Position numbers and translations under genes: made by a program. Source: an uncultured Bacteriovoracaceae bacterium (lineage in GTDB: Bacteria; Bdellovibrionota; Bacteriovoracia; Bacteriovoracales; Bacteriovoracaceae). From it: a DNA stretch of 44,764 nt. Below, piece by piece: positions 1 through 8,635 of the stretch (within the stretch, counting starts at the first letter, position 1; every line of letters starts with the position of its first letter). The notes under the pieces are model-generated. The model did no database searches. It saw only the letters and a list, made by a program, of their open reading frames with translations, and was not told the origin of the DNA. The stretch is from NCBI GenBank assembly GCA_964012805.1, contig CAXGUD010000031.1:1-44764 (forward strand). Reading direction: 5' to 3'.

Positions 1-2
1 TA

Positions 3-2606
3 AATGATAAGCCGAATGTTGTTTTGATAGGGGCTTCAGCTGGTGGAGTAAAGCTTATTGAAAAGCTCTTAACCGCTTTTGAAGGGTTTCCACCAAGTCT
101 TAAAGAAAATACAGCAATTGTCATTTGTCAGCATCTATCCGAGGCTACAAAATCATTGATGAAGGAAATCATTGACCGAACCGATTCGGGGTTTGAAGTT
201 AGAGAACTTTTTGAAAGTATGAAGCTTGAAAAAAATGTTTGTTATTTAAACCAACCTGGAAGATATTCGACTTATAATCAAGGCGAGATAGTAGTCAGAG
301 AGTTTAATGAAAATGATCGAAAAGAGCCGACTTTTCTTATTAATAAATGCTTTAGTTCTTTTGCAGACCATATGGGTGATTTTCACCTGGCTTTTGGGAT
401 CGTCTTATCAGGAGCAGGCAGTGATGGTGCTTTAGGTCTTTTGGATTTAAAAGAGGCCGGAGGTTTTTGTATTACTCAGGATCCTGAAGAAGCGGAGGTC
501 AATGGAATGCCTCAGGCGGTGATTAATAAAAATGCCTTCCATGAAATTCTTTTCCTCTCTGAAATTACCCAATCTATAGAAAATATTGTCCTTGATGATG
601 ACCTAGTACCTCTTTTTAAACGAAAAAAAGGGGGTATTGATTATGAGATTATCTCCAATATTTTAAAAGATGCTTTTAAATTTCATGAACTTAATATCAA
701 GTATTACAGGTTTCCCTCTCTTGTAAGGGGGATAATAAGAAGGATGTCAAAACTCGGTCTCTCTGAAAAGGGGAAGAAGAATACGGTTATGGAATACAAA
801 AAGCATTATGAAGAAAATAAAGCCTCTGAGAGCTTTAATTTGGTTCATGGGCTTCTCATTTCCTATACAAAGTTTTTTAGAGATCCTGATGTTTGGGTGG
901 AAGTGGCCCGGTCTGTGGTTCCACGACTTTTAGATGTGCATCTCGAAACAAATCCTCGTGAGAGTGATATGTTTAAGATTTGGAGTGTGGGATGTGCTAC
1001 AGGAGAAGAAGCCTATACTCTTGCTCTCATTGTTGCCGAAGTGTGTCGGATCAGAGAGATAAGCCCAAAAGGAATAAAGATCTTTGCGACTGATATTAGT
1101 GAGAAAAATATTGTTAAGGCCCAGGAAGGAAAGTATAAGCTAGAATCTTTAGAGGATATCCCTGCCGAGTACCATTCTTACATTAAAAAAGATAAGGAAG
1201 CAGGGACTTTTAGTTTTGCTCAAGAAATCAAAGACCTCATTACTTTTTCTGTTCACGATATTTTGGTGATGGCCCCACTTTCTAAAATCTCTTTAATTAG
1301 TTGTAGGAATTTACTTATTTATATTAGGTCTCTTTACCAGCAGTCCGTTTTTGAAAACCTTTCTTTTGGACTTAAAAAGGGTGGCAGGCTCATTCTTGGG
1401 CAAGCTGAAAGAACAACTGACGACAGCCTTTTTAAGGCGGACTATGAGAAAATCCACCTCTATGAAAGCCTTGGAACGAAGAGGCGGTTTGGATTTACGA
1501 CTCAAAGGACTTTGCCCCCTAGTGTAGGGCAAGCGGCTTTTGGGGGTTCTCTTGAGGGAAAACAAATTGGCGGAGGACTAGGAACTTCCCAGCCTCCAAA
1601 TACAGGCCCGGCCATGGCCTCTGCTTTAGAACATGTTATTAAAAGAGGGGTTCTTCTTAGAAGTGATGGGCTTGTGATCCGGTTTCTTGGGGATTGTAGG
1701 GACTACTTTTCTTTCCCTAAAACAGGGCCTTCTTTTCAGATAGAACAGCTGGCGCTGCCAGAATTGATGCCTTACCTGACCGCATCTTTAGCATCTTGCC
1801 TAAAGATGAGAAAAACGGTTTCTATAGGAAAGCACCAGGTAGAGCTTGCTAATGGTGAGTCTTCAGAGGTTTATATGACCATGGAGCCTTTTGATTCCAT
1901 TGATGATGTTGACACAACATATGTTCTTCTTAGGATTTTTGAAGGTGAAGATGAAAGTGAGAGTGTAGGTGGAAATTCCTTGGGTGAGGCAAGCGGAGAT
2001 ATTATAGCCGACCGAGAATTAGTCGAGGGCCTTCAAGAAGAACTTTCAGCGACCAAAAAAAATCTTGCCGAGGCCCTGGAACACCATGTGGTCACTGGTG
2101 AAGAGTTACAGGTCACAAACGAGGAGCTCATGAGTTCTAACGAGGAGCTTATGGCATCTAACGAAGAACTCAAGTCATTAAATGAAGAGCTTCAGGTTAT
2201 CAACCAAAATCATACTTTTAACCAGGAAAATATTCTCAAGCGTTTTGCCCTCTTTAATGAGGTTTTAGATATTAAGGGAAGTTTCTTTTTTATCTTTGAT
2301 AATGATCTAGTTTTAAAAGATGCTTCAGATGGCTTTTTAAAAGCCTCCGGCCTTTCTGAAAGGGATTTTGGAAGGCTTTTACAAGATTTTACTTTCTTTA
2401 CCACTCATTTCGGGAATGAGCTTGTCAGCCTTAAGGGAGAATCTTTGTCAGTGGATTCTTTCAATAAACTAGATGAAGAGCTAAATTTAGACGGCGCTAG
2501 TTATAAAGTAGGAGTTTTTTCCCAGGCTGAATCTTCAAAAAAGGAAGTCTTAAAGACTGATAATGAGAGTCTAATCAGATGGGTGGCCCTTTTTAATAAG
2601 AATTAA
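3..2606 (+). CDS. CheB methylesterase-CheR methyltransferase fusion with C-terminal coiled coil and PAS-like regions (5'-partial)
   Basis: The frame is open back to the window edge (NDKPNVVLIGASAGG), so the true start is probably upstream of the ORF-track start at 24. CheB triad motifs: GASAGG, CQHL, GAGSDGA. CheR motifs: TKFFRD, IWSVGCATGEEAY, FATDIS, ISCRNLLIY. The NEEL heptad coiled coil is typical of these fusions. Confidence 0.92.
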   Translation, partial: NDKPNVVLIGASAGGVKLIEKLLTAFEGFPPSLKENTAIVICQHLSEATKSLMKEIIDRTDSGFEVRELFESMKLEKNVCYLNQPGRYSTYNQGEIVVREFNENDRKEPTFLINKCFSSFADHMGDFHLAFGIVLSGAGSDGALGLLDLKEAGGFCITQDPEEAEVNGMPQAVINKNAFHEILFLSEITQSIENIVLDDDLVPLFKRKKGGIDYEIISNILKDAFKFHELNIKYYRFPSLVRGIIRRMSKLGLSEKGKKNTVMEYKKHYEENKASESFNLVHGLLISYTKFFRDPDVWVEVARSVVPRLLDVHLETNPRESDMFKIWSVGCATGEEAYTLALIVAEVCRIREISPKGIKIFATDISEKNIVKAQEGKYKLESLEDIPAEYHSYIKKDKEAGTFSFAQEIKDLITFSVHDILVMAPLSKISLISCRNLLIYIRSLYQQSVFENLSFGLKKGGRLILGQAERTTDDSLFKADYEKIHLYESLGTKRRFGFTTQRTLPPSVGQAAFGGSLEGKQIGGGLGTSQPPNTGPAMASALEHVIKRGVLLRSDGLVIRFLGDCRDYFSFPKTGPSFQIEQLALPELMPYLTASLASCLKMRKTVSIGKHQVELANGESSEVYMTMEPFDSIDDVDTTYVLLRIFEGEDESESVGGNSLGEASGDIIADRELVEGLQEELSATKKNLAEALEHHVVTGEELQVTNEELMSSNEELMASNEELKSLNEELQVINQNHTFNQENILKRFALFNEVLDIKGSFFFIFDNDLVLKDASDGFLKASGLSERDFGRLLQDFTFFTTHFGNELVSLKGESLSVDSFNKLDEELNLDGASYKVGVFSQAESSKKEVLKTDNESLIRWVALFNKN
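2097..2201 (+). repeat. Imperfect 21-bp coding tandem repeat (NEELxxx heptads)
   Basis: aacgaggagctcatgagttct / aacgaggagcttatggcatct / aacgaagaactcaagtcatta / aatgaagagctt start at 2118, 2139, 2160 and 2181 and encode the coiled coil. Confidence 0.8.
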
Positions 2607-2610
2607 AAGC

Positions 2611-4602
2611 TTATTCATAACGTAGTGACTCTATTGGGCTTAAAAGAGAAGCTTGTCTGGCAGGCCAGAGACCAAAAAGAACTCCCACAGAAAATGATGA
2701 AAAAAAGGCCATAGTAATGGCCTGAATGGAAAGCCCCGTTGGCCAATCAAATATGAGTCCAACTAAAAAGCTTACAAGGCCCGCAATCATAATGCCGATC
2801 GCACCTCCTAAAAGGCAAATAACAACAGCTTCCATTAAAAATTGAAAAAGAACATCTACGTTTCTTGCTCCCAAGGCTTTTCTAAGTCCAATTTCCCTTG
2901 TTCTTTCTTTAACACTAACAAGCATAATATTCATGATTCCAATCCCACCAACCACCAAACTTATGCCAGCGATGGCCCCTAAAAGAAGTGCCAGGGTTTT
3001 GGTTGTTTTCTCAAGAGTGGTTCGAATTTCTGTCATATTCATAATAAAAAAGTCATCCTCTTCATTTTCCTTAATCCTATGTCTTTTTCTAAGAAGTTCT
3101 TTCATGGACTCAATAACGGTATCAATAAGCTCTGGCGATGAGACCTGGACGTTGATACTGCCAAGGTTTTTACGACCCAACACTCTGTCCATGGCCGTCA
3201 CGAGGGGGATTGCTACCATATCATCACGGTCCCTCCAATAATCGGCCCCCTTATTTGGGAGAAGCCCTATGACTTTAAAATTTTTCCTGTTAATCTTTAC
3301 CGTTTGGCCTATAGGGTTTTGTCCTTTGGGGAAGAGCTTCTCATAAACTGTTTTTCCAAGAAGGCAGACTCTTTGTTTAGTTCTATTTTCCTCTTCTGTA
3401 AAAAAGCGACCCACCTGAGGGGGGCTGACCCTAATTGTTGCGTAATTGGGAGTGACGCCCATAAGCCTTGTGTTCCAATTTTTATTGGCAAAGACAATTT
3501 GCGCCTGTCCATAAACTTCTTCTGATAAATCCTCCAAGGGAACACCTATTTTTTTAAGGCCCTTAATGGCCATGGCATCTTCCCTTGTAAGCTTCGCAAA
3601 TTGATTGGCGCTTCGAACATGGCGGAACTTTCTTTTCCCGGGTCTTAAAAAAATAACATTACTGCCAAGACTTTTTAATTGAGATTCAATGGTCTTTTTG
3701 GCCCCTTCTCCAATAGCAACCATCGTGATAACGGCTCCCACACCGATAATCACCCCAAGCATAGTAAGAATGCTTCTTAAAATATTCACCCTCAAGGCCC
3801 TTAAAGAAATCTTGATGTTTTCCCAAAGAAGTCCTGGATTAAATAAGGGGAGCTCAATAAGGGGAGGAGGAGATGAAAGAGTATCAAGCTTTTCTCCCCT
3901 TTGAGTTTGATCTTTTTCTTCGTCGCTTGTTACGAGTCCGTCTCTTAAGTGAATGACTCTTTTTGCTCTAGATGCTACTTCTGGGTCATGGGTTACTACA
4001 ATGATGGTTTTTCCGAGATTATTAAGGCGGTCAAAGTCGTCCATTATCTCCTTTGCCTGCTTGGTATTAACGTTTCCTGTGGGTTCATCCGCCAAAATCA
4101 AAGAGGGGTCATTGACTAACGCCCTGGCAATCGCCACTCTTTGTTGTTGCCCCCCAGAGAGTTGGTGGGGTTGATGCTTAAGCCTATCTTCCAGGTTTAA
4201 TTTTTCAAGCTGAGTCTTCGCCTTATCTTTTCTAAACTTATCTTGAGCATAAACTAAGGGGAGTTCGACATTTTCGATCGCCGAGGTTCTCGCTAAAAGG
4301 TTATAAAATTGGAAGACAAAGCCAATATGTTTGGCCCTAAGAAGGGTAATTTGATCATCACTTAAGTCTTTTAGAGAGTGACCTAAGAAGAAATGATCTC
4401 CTGAAGTCGACCGGTCTAAAAGTCCAATAATTTGCATGAGAGTAGATTTACCAGAACCCGATGGCCCAATAATGGCAACATACTCACCTTCTTTAATAGT
4501 GATATCAACTCCATCGAGGGCCCTAATTTCCTCCGTGGAGTCATTGCCTTGCTCTTTAAAATTATAAATCTTTTTAAGGTTTTTAAGAGAGATGATTCCC
4601 AC
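2611..4602 (-). CDS. macB: MacB-family ABC transporter, fused ATP-binding and permease
   Basis: Walker A GPSGSGKST, signature LSGGQQQRV, Walker B ILADEPTGN. Also RSILTMLGVIIGV TM1, a periplasmic domain and the FtsX motif GGIGIMNIMLVSVKERTREIGLRKALGA. Confidence 0.95.
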   Translation of the reverse strand: MGIISLKNLKKIYNFKEQGNDSTEEIRALDGVDITIKEGEYVAIIGPSGSGKSTLMQIIGLLDRSTSGDHFFLGHSLKDLSDDQITLLRAKHIGFVFQFYNLLARTSAIENVELPLVYAQDKFRKDKAKTQLEKLNLEDRLKHQPHQLSGGQQQRVAIARALVNDPSLILADEPTGNVNTKQAKEIMDDFDRLNNLGKTIIVVTHDPEVASRAKRVIHLRDGLVTSDEEKDQTQRGEKLDTLSSPPPLIELPLFNPGLLWENIKISLRALRVNILRSILTMLGVIIGVGAVITMVAIGEGAKKTIESQLKSLGSNVIFLRPGKRKFRHVRSANQFAKLTREDAMAIKGLKKIGVPLEDLSEEVYGQAQIVFANKNWNTRLMGVTPNYATIRVSPPQVGRFFTEEENRTKQRVCLLGKTVYEKLFPKGQNPIGQTVKINRKNFKVIGLLPNKGADYWRDRDDMVAIPLVTAMDRVLGRKNLGSINVQVSSPELIDTVIESMKELLRKRHRIKENEEDDFFIMNMTEIRTTLEKTTKTLALLLGAIAGISLVVGGIGIMNIMLVSVKERTREIGLRKALGARNVDVLFQFLMEAVVICLLGGAIGIMIAGLVSFLVGLIFDWPTGLSIQAITMAFFSSFSVGVLFGLWPARQASLLSPIESLRYE

Positions 4603-4613
4603 AGTCCATTTCC

Positions 4614-5609
4614 CTAAGGCCTGGCCTTATTTTTGTCTTTGTCATTCTTTTTCTTTCTTGGAAAAAGAGTGAAGCGCTTTTTGGCAGGTTTGAGTTTAAA
4701 AGTAGGGATAAGAAAGAGCTCACCCTCGACGGCTCCTCCAAGGACTTCTACGTGCTCACCATCACTAAGACCCAGTTTAAGAGTCTTTTTCTTTTTTTCT
4801 TCGTCTCTTATTTCAAAGTCCTGATTTTCTTTTCCTTTAACGGCCCAGTTAGGAATCGCTAATGCCCCCGTTTTTTTAAAGAGAAGAAAATCCACATTGG
4901 CCGTCATTCCTGACCTTAAGACCATGGGTAATTTTGGCTTTGTAATCGATACAGGTTCCTTAGAGCTTGGAATAACTTCTACCTGGTAGACGTTCACGCT
5001 ATTAACGAGCTCTGATTGATGACCAATAAGGGAAACTCTTCCTGAAAAGACTTGATCTGGGTAGGCATCAATAGAAAACTCGACGTCCATTCCTGTTTTT
5101 ATTTTTCCAATATCTGTTTCATCGACCTGGGCCCTTACAACCAGTTGATCACTCATTTCAAAAAGGACAGTTTGTTGATTAACGGTTTGCCCAGGAACAA
5201 CTTGTTTACTAATAATAAGCCCGTCAACTGGTGCGACGATGGGAGTCGGTTTATAAACCTCTTTCCATTTTATGAGGTCTTTCTTTTTTAGGTTTCTAGA
5301 AAAGTCCAAAAGAGCTGCCCTATTGGTAGAGCTCATCTGCCCAATAACATCTCCCTGGTTAACCCTCATACCTTCCTGGATTAAAACTTTTTCCATCCTT
5401 CCAGCAACTGGAGGCATGACTCTTACTTTATTCATGGGTTCAACGGAGCCTGTCGCTTGAATAATGACTTTAAGATCCCTCACACTCGTTTCGACTTCTT
5501 TATAGGCTTGCTCAGTGTTTTTGGGTCCTTTCCTCTTTAAAAAAAAGCTGGCCAAAACCAAAGTGACGGCGAGAGAGCTAAAAAGAATGATTTTCGCTTT
5601 ACGGTTCAT
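4614..5609 (-). CDS. macA: MacA-like periplasmic adaptor (membrane fusion protein)
   Basis: N-terminal anchor, ATGSVEP, APVDG, GQTV, VDETDIGKIKTG and LRSGMTANV motifs; lies between tolC and macB. Start refined to ATG 5609, which has GGAGG upstream (ORF track 5636). Confidence 0.88.
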   Translation of the reverse strand: MNRKAKIILFSSLAVTLVLASFFLKRKGPKNTEQAYKEVETSVRDLKVIIQATGSVEPMNKVRVMPPVAGRMEKVLIQEGMRVNQGDVIGQMSSTNRAALLDFSRNLKKKDLIKWKEVYKPTPIVAPVDGLIISKQVVPGQTVNQQTVLFEMSDQLVVRAQVDETDIGKIKTGMDVEFSIDAYPDQVFSGRVSLIGHQSELVNSVNVYQVEVIPSSKEPVSITKPKLPMVLRSGMTANVDFLLFKKTGALAIPNWAVKGKENQDFEIRDEEKKKKTLKLGLSDGEHVEVLGGAVEGELFLIPTFKLKPAKKRFTLFPRKKKNDKDKNKARP

Positions 5610-6897
5610 CGAAAACCTCCTTTCCGCCTTGTCCAAAACTTCCTACCGCCTCTTCAAGTTGAGCAAGGGTTGTCCATGTATCACGAAGGGCCTGCAAATG
5701 GACGATCTCTTTTTGAGTCCAGTTATTCTGAGAAGACTCCCAACTTAAGTAACTTTGAAGGCCTGCTGAGTACTCTTGCTGAACGACCATCGCTCTCTCT
5801 CTTGCAGCTTTAAACTTCAATAAGGTAAAAGTCGTTCTATTCCTTGCTTTAGAGTGAAGTCTGTAGGCCCTTTCAAGATTATCGAGACGGGCCCTTTTGA
5901 TTTTCTTCAAAGTTCTTTTTGTAATAATAAGGTCGGCCCTCGCCTCCTTAACGGCATTGGATGTCTGAAGACCTGAAAAAATGTTCCAGCTAAGATTAAG
6001 AGAACCGCTTAGGGTTTTTGTCTCGTCTCCAGAGTCAGTCTGAGAAATAGAATAACTCGAAGACATCCCTAGGGTGGGAAGGAAGCCTGCTTTTTTAATT
6101 CCAATGGCCTTATTCTTCCAATCTATATCCTGGTTTTGGTATTTTAAATCAAGGTGTTTTTGAGAAACCCTCCCTTTAAGGTCTTTAAGACTTGGCAATT
6201 TAAAAAGTTTAAAACTTCCTTTGAGGCTCAAACGGTTTTTTTCTGGAAATGGAAGACCTATATGTAAATAAAGCGTTTTCAAGGTAAGTTCCTTATCCTT
6301 TTCAGCTTCCTTAAGTTCCCATTTGGCCTCTTTATACTCTGTTTTGGCTTGTTTAAAGGCCCATAAGGGCTCAAGGCCTCCAGGATATCTCAAGCGGAAA
6401 AAGTCGTAGTTATCTCTCTTTCTTTTGAGGATTCTTCTAGAAAGTTTAACATACTTCTGAGCATACAAGGCCCTTGCAAAGCTCTCTCTAAGCTTTCTTA
6501 AAAGGCCAAGCTTTATTTGTTTAAGGGATGTACGTCCTTGCCTTTTTTTAATTATTGCTTGTTTAACAGCTAGGTTTGTTGCATTTCCCGAGTAAATGTC
6601 TGTAGCGAGAGTAACTCCATAAGTTTTAGTTGTTGAGTAAGTCTCTGTAATTGAAGTTTCTGCTCTAGACCTTGTAAGAGAGCTCGAACCTGTTAAGGTT
6701 GGGTAGTGTGCCCCTTGGGCCTTCTTATGAGTATAGTGTGCCTTTTGAATTCTTTCTTTTTGAATGAGAACATCTTCATTATTTTGAAAGGCAAGGTCGA
6801 TGGCCTCTTTAAAAGAAAGGGATGCAAGTGAAGAATTGGATAGAATTAAAAGTCCAATCCAAAGAGTCTTTGAGAACCTAAAACGATGCCATTTCAT
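5599..6897 (-). CDS. TolC-family outer membrane efflux protein
   Basis: Signal peptide ending SSLA, LSFKEAIDLAFQNN, and repeated YPTL/FLPTL and IYSG/WNIFSG motifs; directly upstream of macA. Start refined to ATG 6897 because ORF-track 7041 overlaps the next gene. Confidence 0.88.
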   Translation of the reverse strand: MKWHRFRFSKTLWIGLLILSNSSLASLSFKEAIDLAFQNNEDVLIQKERIQKAHYTHKKAQGAHYPTLTGSSSLTRSRAETSITETYSTTKTYGVTLATDIYSGNATNLAVKQAIIKKRQGRTSLKQIKLGLLRKLRESFARALYAQKYVKLSRRILKRKRDNYDFFRLRYPGGLEPLWAFKQAKTEYKEAKWELKEAEKDKELTLKTLYLHIGLPFPEKNRLSLKGSFKLFKLPSLKDLKGRVSQKHLDLKYQNQDIDWKNKAIGIKKAGFLPTLGMSSSYSISQTDSGDETKTLSGSLNLSWNIFSGLQTSNAVKEARADLIITKRTLKKIKRARLDNLERAYRLHSKARNRTTFTLLKFKAARERAMVVQQEYSAGLQSYLSWESSQNNWTQKEIVHLQALRDTWTTLAQLEEAVGSFGQGGKEVFDEP

Positions 6898-6925
6898 AAT
6901 GGCGTTATCGGTTAATTTTCTTAAA

Positions 6926-7555
6926 TTATTGAACTTTTTGTTCGGGTAAAGAGATTTTCTGAATCCTTTGAATCCTTTCCTTGAAGCTCGGGTGAGAGTC
7001 AAAAATACTGGAACTAAGCTTAGTTTCAAGGTCATCTTCAAAGTAGACCTCTAAGACATCAATAAAGCTTTTTTTCCCTACTTTTCTAACAACGAATTCA
7101 TCGGCTTCAAATTCAAACTTTCTCTTAAAGCGCCTATGTATAAGAAAGGCCACAAAAGAAATAAAGCCAGCAAAGGCCAAAGAGAGTCCAATCATCGGCA
7201 ACACGGTAACATAAGGATAAATACTTGTTAGAAAGAAAAGAAACAAAATAACTTTAAAAGTAAAAAGAATTGGGTTTAGTTTTAAGAGGAATTGGGGGTG
7301 CCCTTTTATGAGGTGGGCGAATTCGTGAAGGAGACAAAGAATGAGGCTTCTTTCATCCATCACTTCAATCATTTTCATTGAGACTGCTAAATGGATATTA
7401 TTTGAATCCTTTTCGGCCCAGCAAAAGGCATTGATTGTTTTGGCCTTAAAAATTTTGGGCTTAAGGAGTAAGCCATTGAGGCTTTTTTTTATTTCATCAT
7501 TTTTCAAAAGAACGTCGAGGGCCAAATTAAGTTTGTTGATCGATGCTTCACCCAT
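6926..7555 (-). CDS. M48 (HtpX/Ste24-like) zinc metallopeptidase
   Basis: INAF, HEFAH zinc motif, two TM segments, EFEAD third-ligand motif, and SHP..ERI. Confidence 0.85.
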   Translation of the reverse strand: MGEASINKLNLALDVLLKNDEIKKSLNGLLLKPKIFKAKTINAFCWAEKDSNNIHLAVSMKMIEVMDERSLILCLLHEFAHLIKGHPQFLLKLNPILFTFKVILFLFFLTSIYPYVTVLPMIGLSLAFAGFISFVAFLIHRRFKRKFEFEADEFVVRKVGKKSFIDVLEVYFEDDLETKLSSSIFDSHPSFKERIQRIQKISLPEQKVQ

Positions 7556-7623
7556 TCGTTTAACTCCAGGAGCCTAAAATAATACCTGGTGCAGGTTTAG
7601 ACGATTGTCATAGACTTGTAAAT

Positions 7624-7641
7624 GGCCCTTAGAAAAGGGCC
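7624..7641 (-). terminator. Probable intrinsic terminator downstream of the OMP gene
   Basis: Perfect 7-bp GC-rich inverted repeat ggccctt-agaa-aagggcc about 10 nt after the stop. The U-tract is weak (attt). Confidence 0.45.
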
Positions 7642-7650
7642 TGAAATATC

Positions 7651-8376
7651 TTAGGTGAAAGGAATATCAAAGGGGAGTCCAATTGAAATAAGGACCGTAT
7701 TTTGTTTTAAGTCTCCAAAGGTAAGAGTGTTGCCTTCAATATTAACGGAGCCTTGATCATTTGAAAGAGTAAAATCTCCGTAGTTTGCCATGATGTACTC
7801 TACGTTAACAGTGAGGGAGGCCATAACTAAAGGGAGAACAGTAAAGCTCCCTCCGAACTTAAGCGCCGTTCCGGTTTTAGAAAACTCATTTGATCCATAT
7901 TTTTGAGTTAGCTTTTCTGAAAACTGATAACCAACCCATACTCTTAAGGGAAGGACTGGTGGAGAAAAAATAGCCGTTACACCCATTGAAGAAAACGTCC
8001 AGGCGCCCATCGTTGCATTTAATGTAACTCCAGGAATAGAACCATCCCAGGAGTAGGTCGAATAATCTCCAGCTACGTATACAGGTCCTAGGCTCCATCC
8101 TGCCCTGGCCCCAATGGTTATGCCGTTAGGAGCTGAGTACGAAGAAACACTTTGTGGGGATGAACCACTTTTGAGACTGTATTCCTGAGCCCCTAGCCCG
8201 TAGCCAAGGTAAGGTTCGAGGAAAAGACCTGCTTTAACTTTAGTTGGCGTAAAGATAAGACTTCCGAAAATTACAAAAGAAGCCACTTTTAGTAATAAGA
8301 ATTTTTTCCGGGGTTTAGATAATTGATTTGTATTTTGAAGTTTGTCCCAGAGAGTTTTAAACATTTCCATGGCCAA
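7651..8376 (-). CDS. Outer membrane beta-barrel protein (small, OmpA/OmpW-like)
   Basis: Signal peptide ending VKA, mature N-terminus GLFLEPYLGYG, alternating amphipathic Gly/aromatic strands, C-terminal ISIGLPF. The start may be 8370 or 8364. Confidence 0.75.
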   Translation of the reverse strand: MAMEMFKTLWDKLQNTNQLSKPRKKFLLLKVASFVIFGSLIFTPTKVKAGLFLEPYLGYGLGAQEYSLKSGSSPQSVSSYSAPNGITIGARAGWSLGPVYVAGDYSTYSWDGSIPGVTLNATMGAWTFSSMGVTAIFSPPVLPLRVWVGYQFSEKLTQKYGSNEFSKTGTALKFGGSFTVLPLVMASLTVNVEYIMANYGDFTLSNDQGSVNIEGNTLTFGDLKQNTVLISIGLPFDIPFT

Positions 8377-8635
8377 TTCCCTTCCACGAGTTAAATTTCA
8401 AATAATAATTATTGATACAATAGATTGGAGTTCAATGGCCAGATAATCTGAGTGATAAAAGTTTAGACATTCAAAGGTTCCGTGTAGGAAGAATTGACAA
8501 TAAGCGTGATAATGTGTTGCAAAAACTGCCTAAATAGTCGACAATAAAAGGATGATTCGCTAATACTTTAGACATTAATTTTAGAAAATGTCCTGATTTT
8601 AGAATGTTAGGTGCATTTTTCTGGAGGCACAATCT

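Noticed and set aside
2097..2201. 21-bp periodic repeats as a CRISPR array or VNTR
   Set aside because: There are no spacers; these are in-frame coiled-coil heptads typical of CheB-CheR fusions.
6898..7041. N-terminal extension of TolC given by the ORF track
   Set aside because: It overlaps the M48 gene and precedes the signal peptide; ATG 6897 is the more plausible start.
8377..8635. Pho box or sigma70 promoter upstream of ppk1A; also tttagacatt twice and a gacatt-N10-aatgtc inverted repeat
   Set aside because: There are no 11-bp-period CTGTCAT-like repeats, TTGACA has no correctly spaced -10, and the short repeats are plausible by chance in AT-rich DNA.
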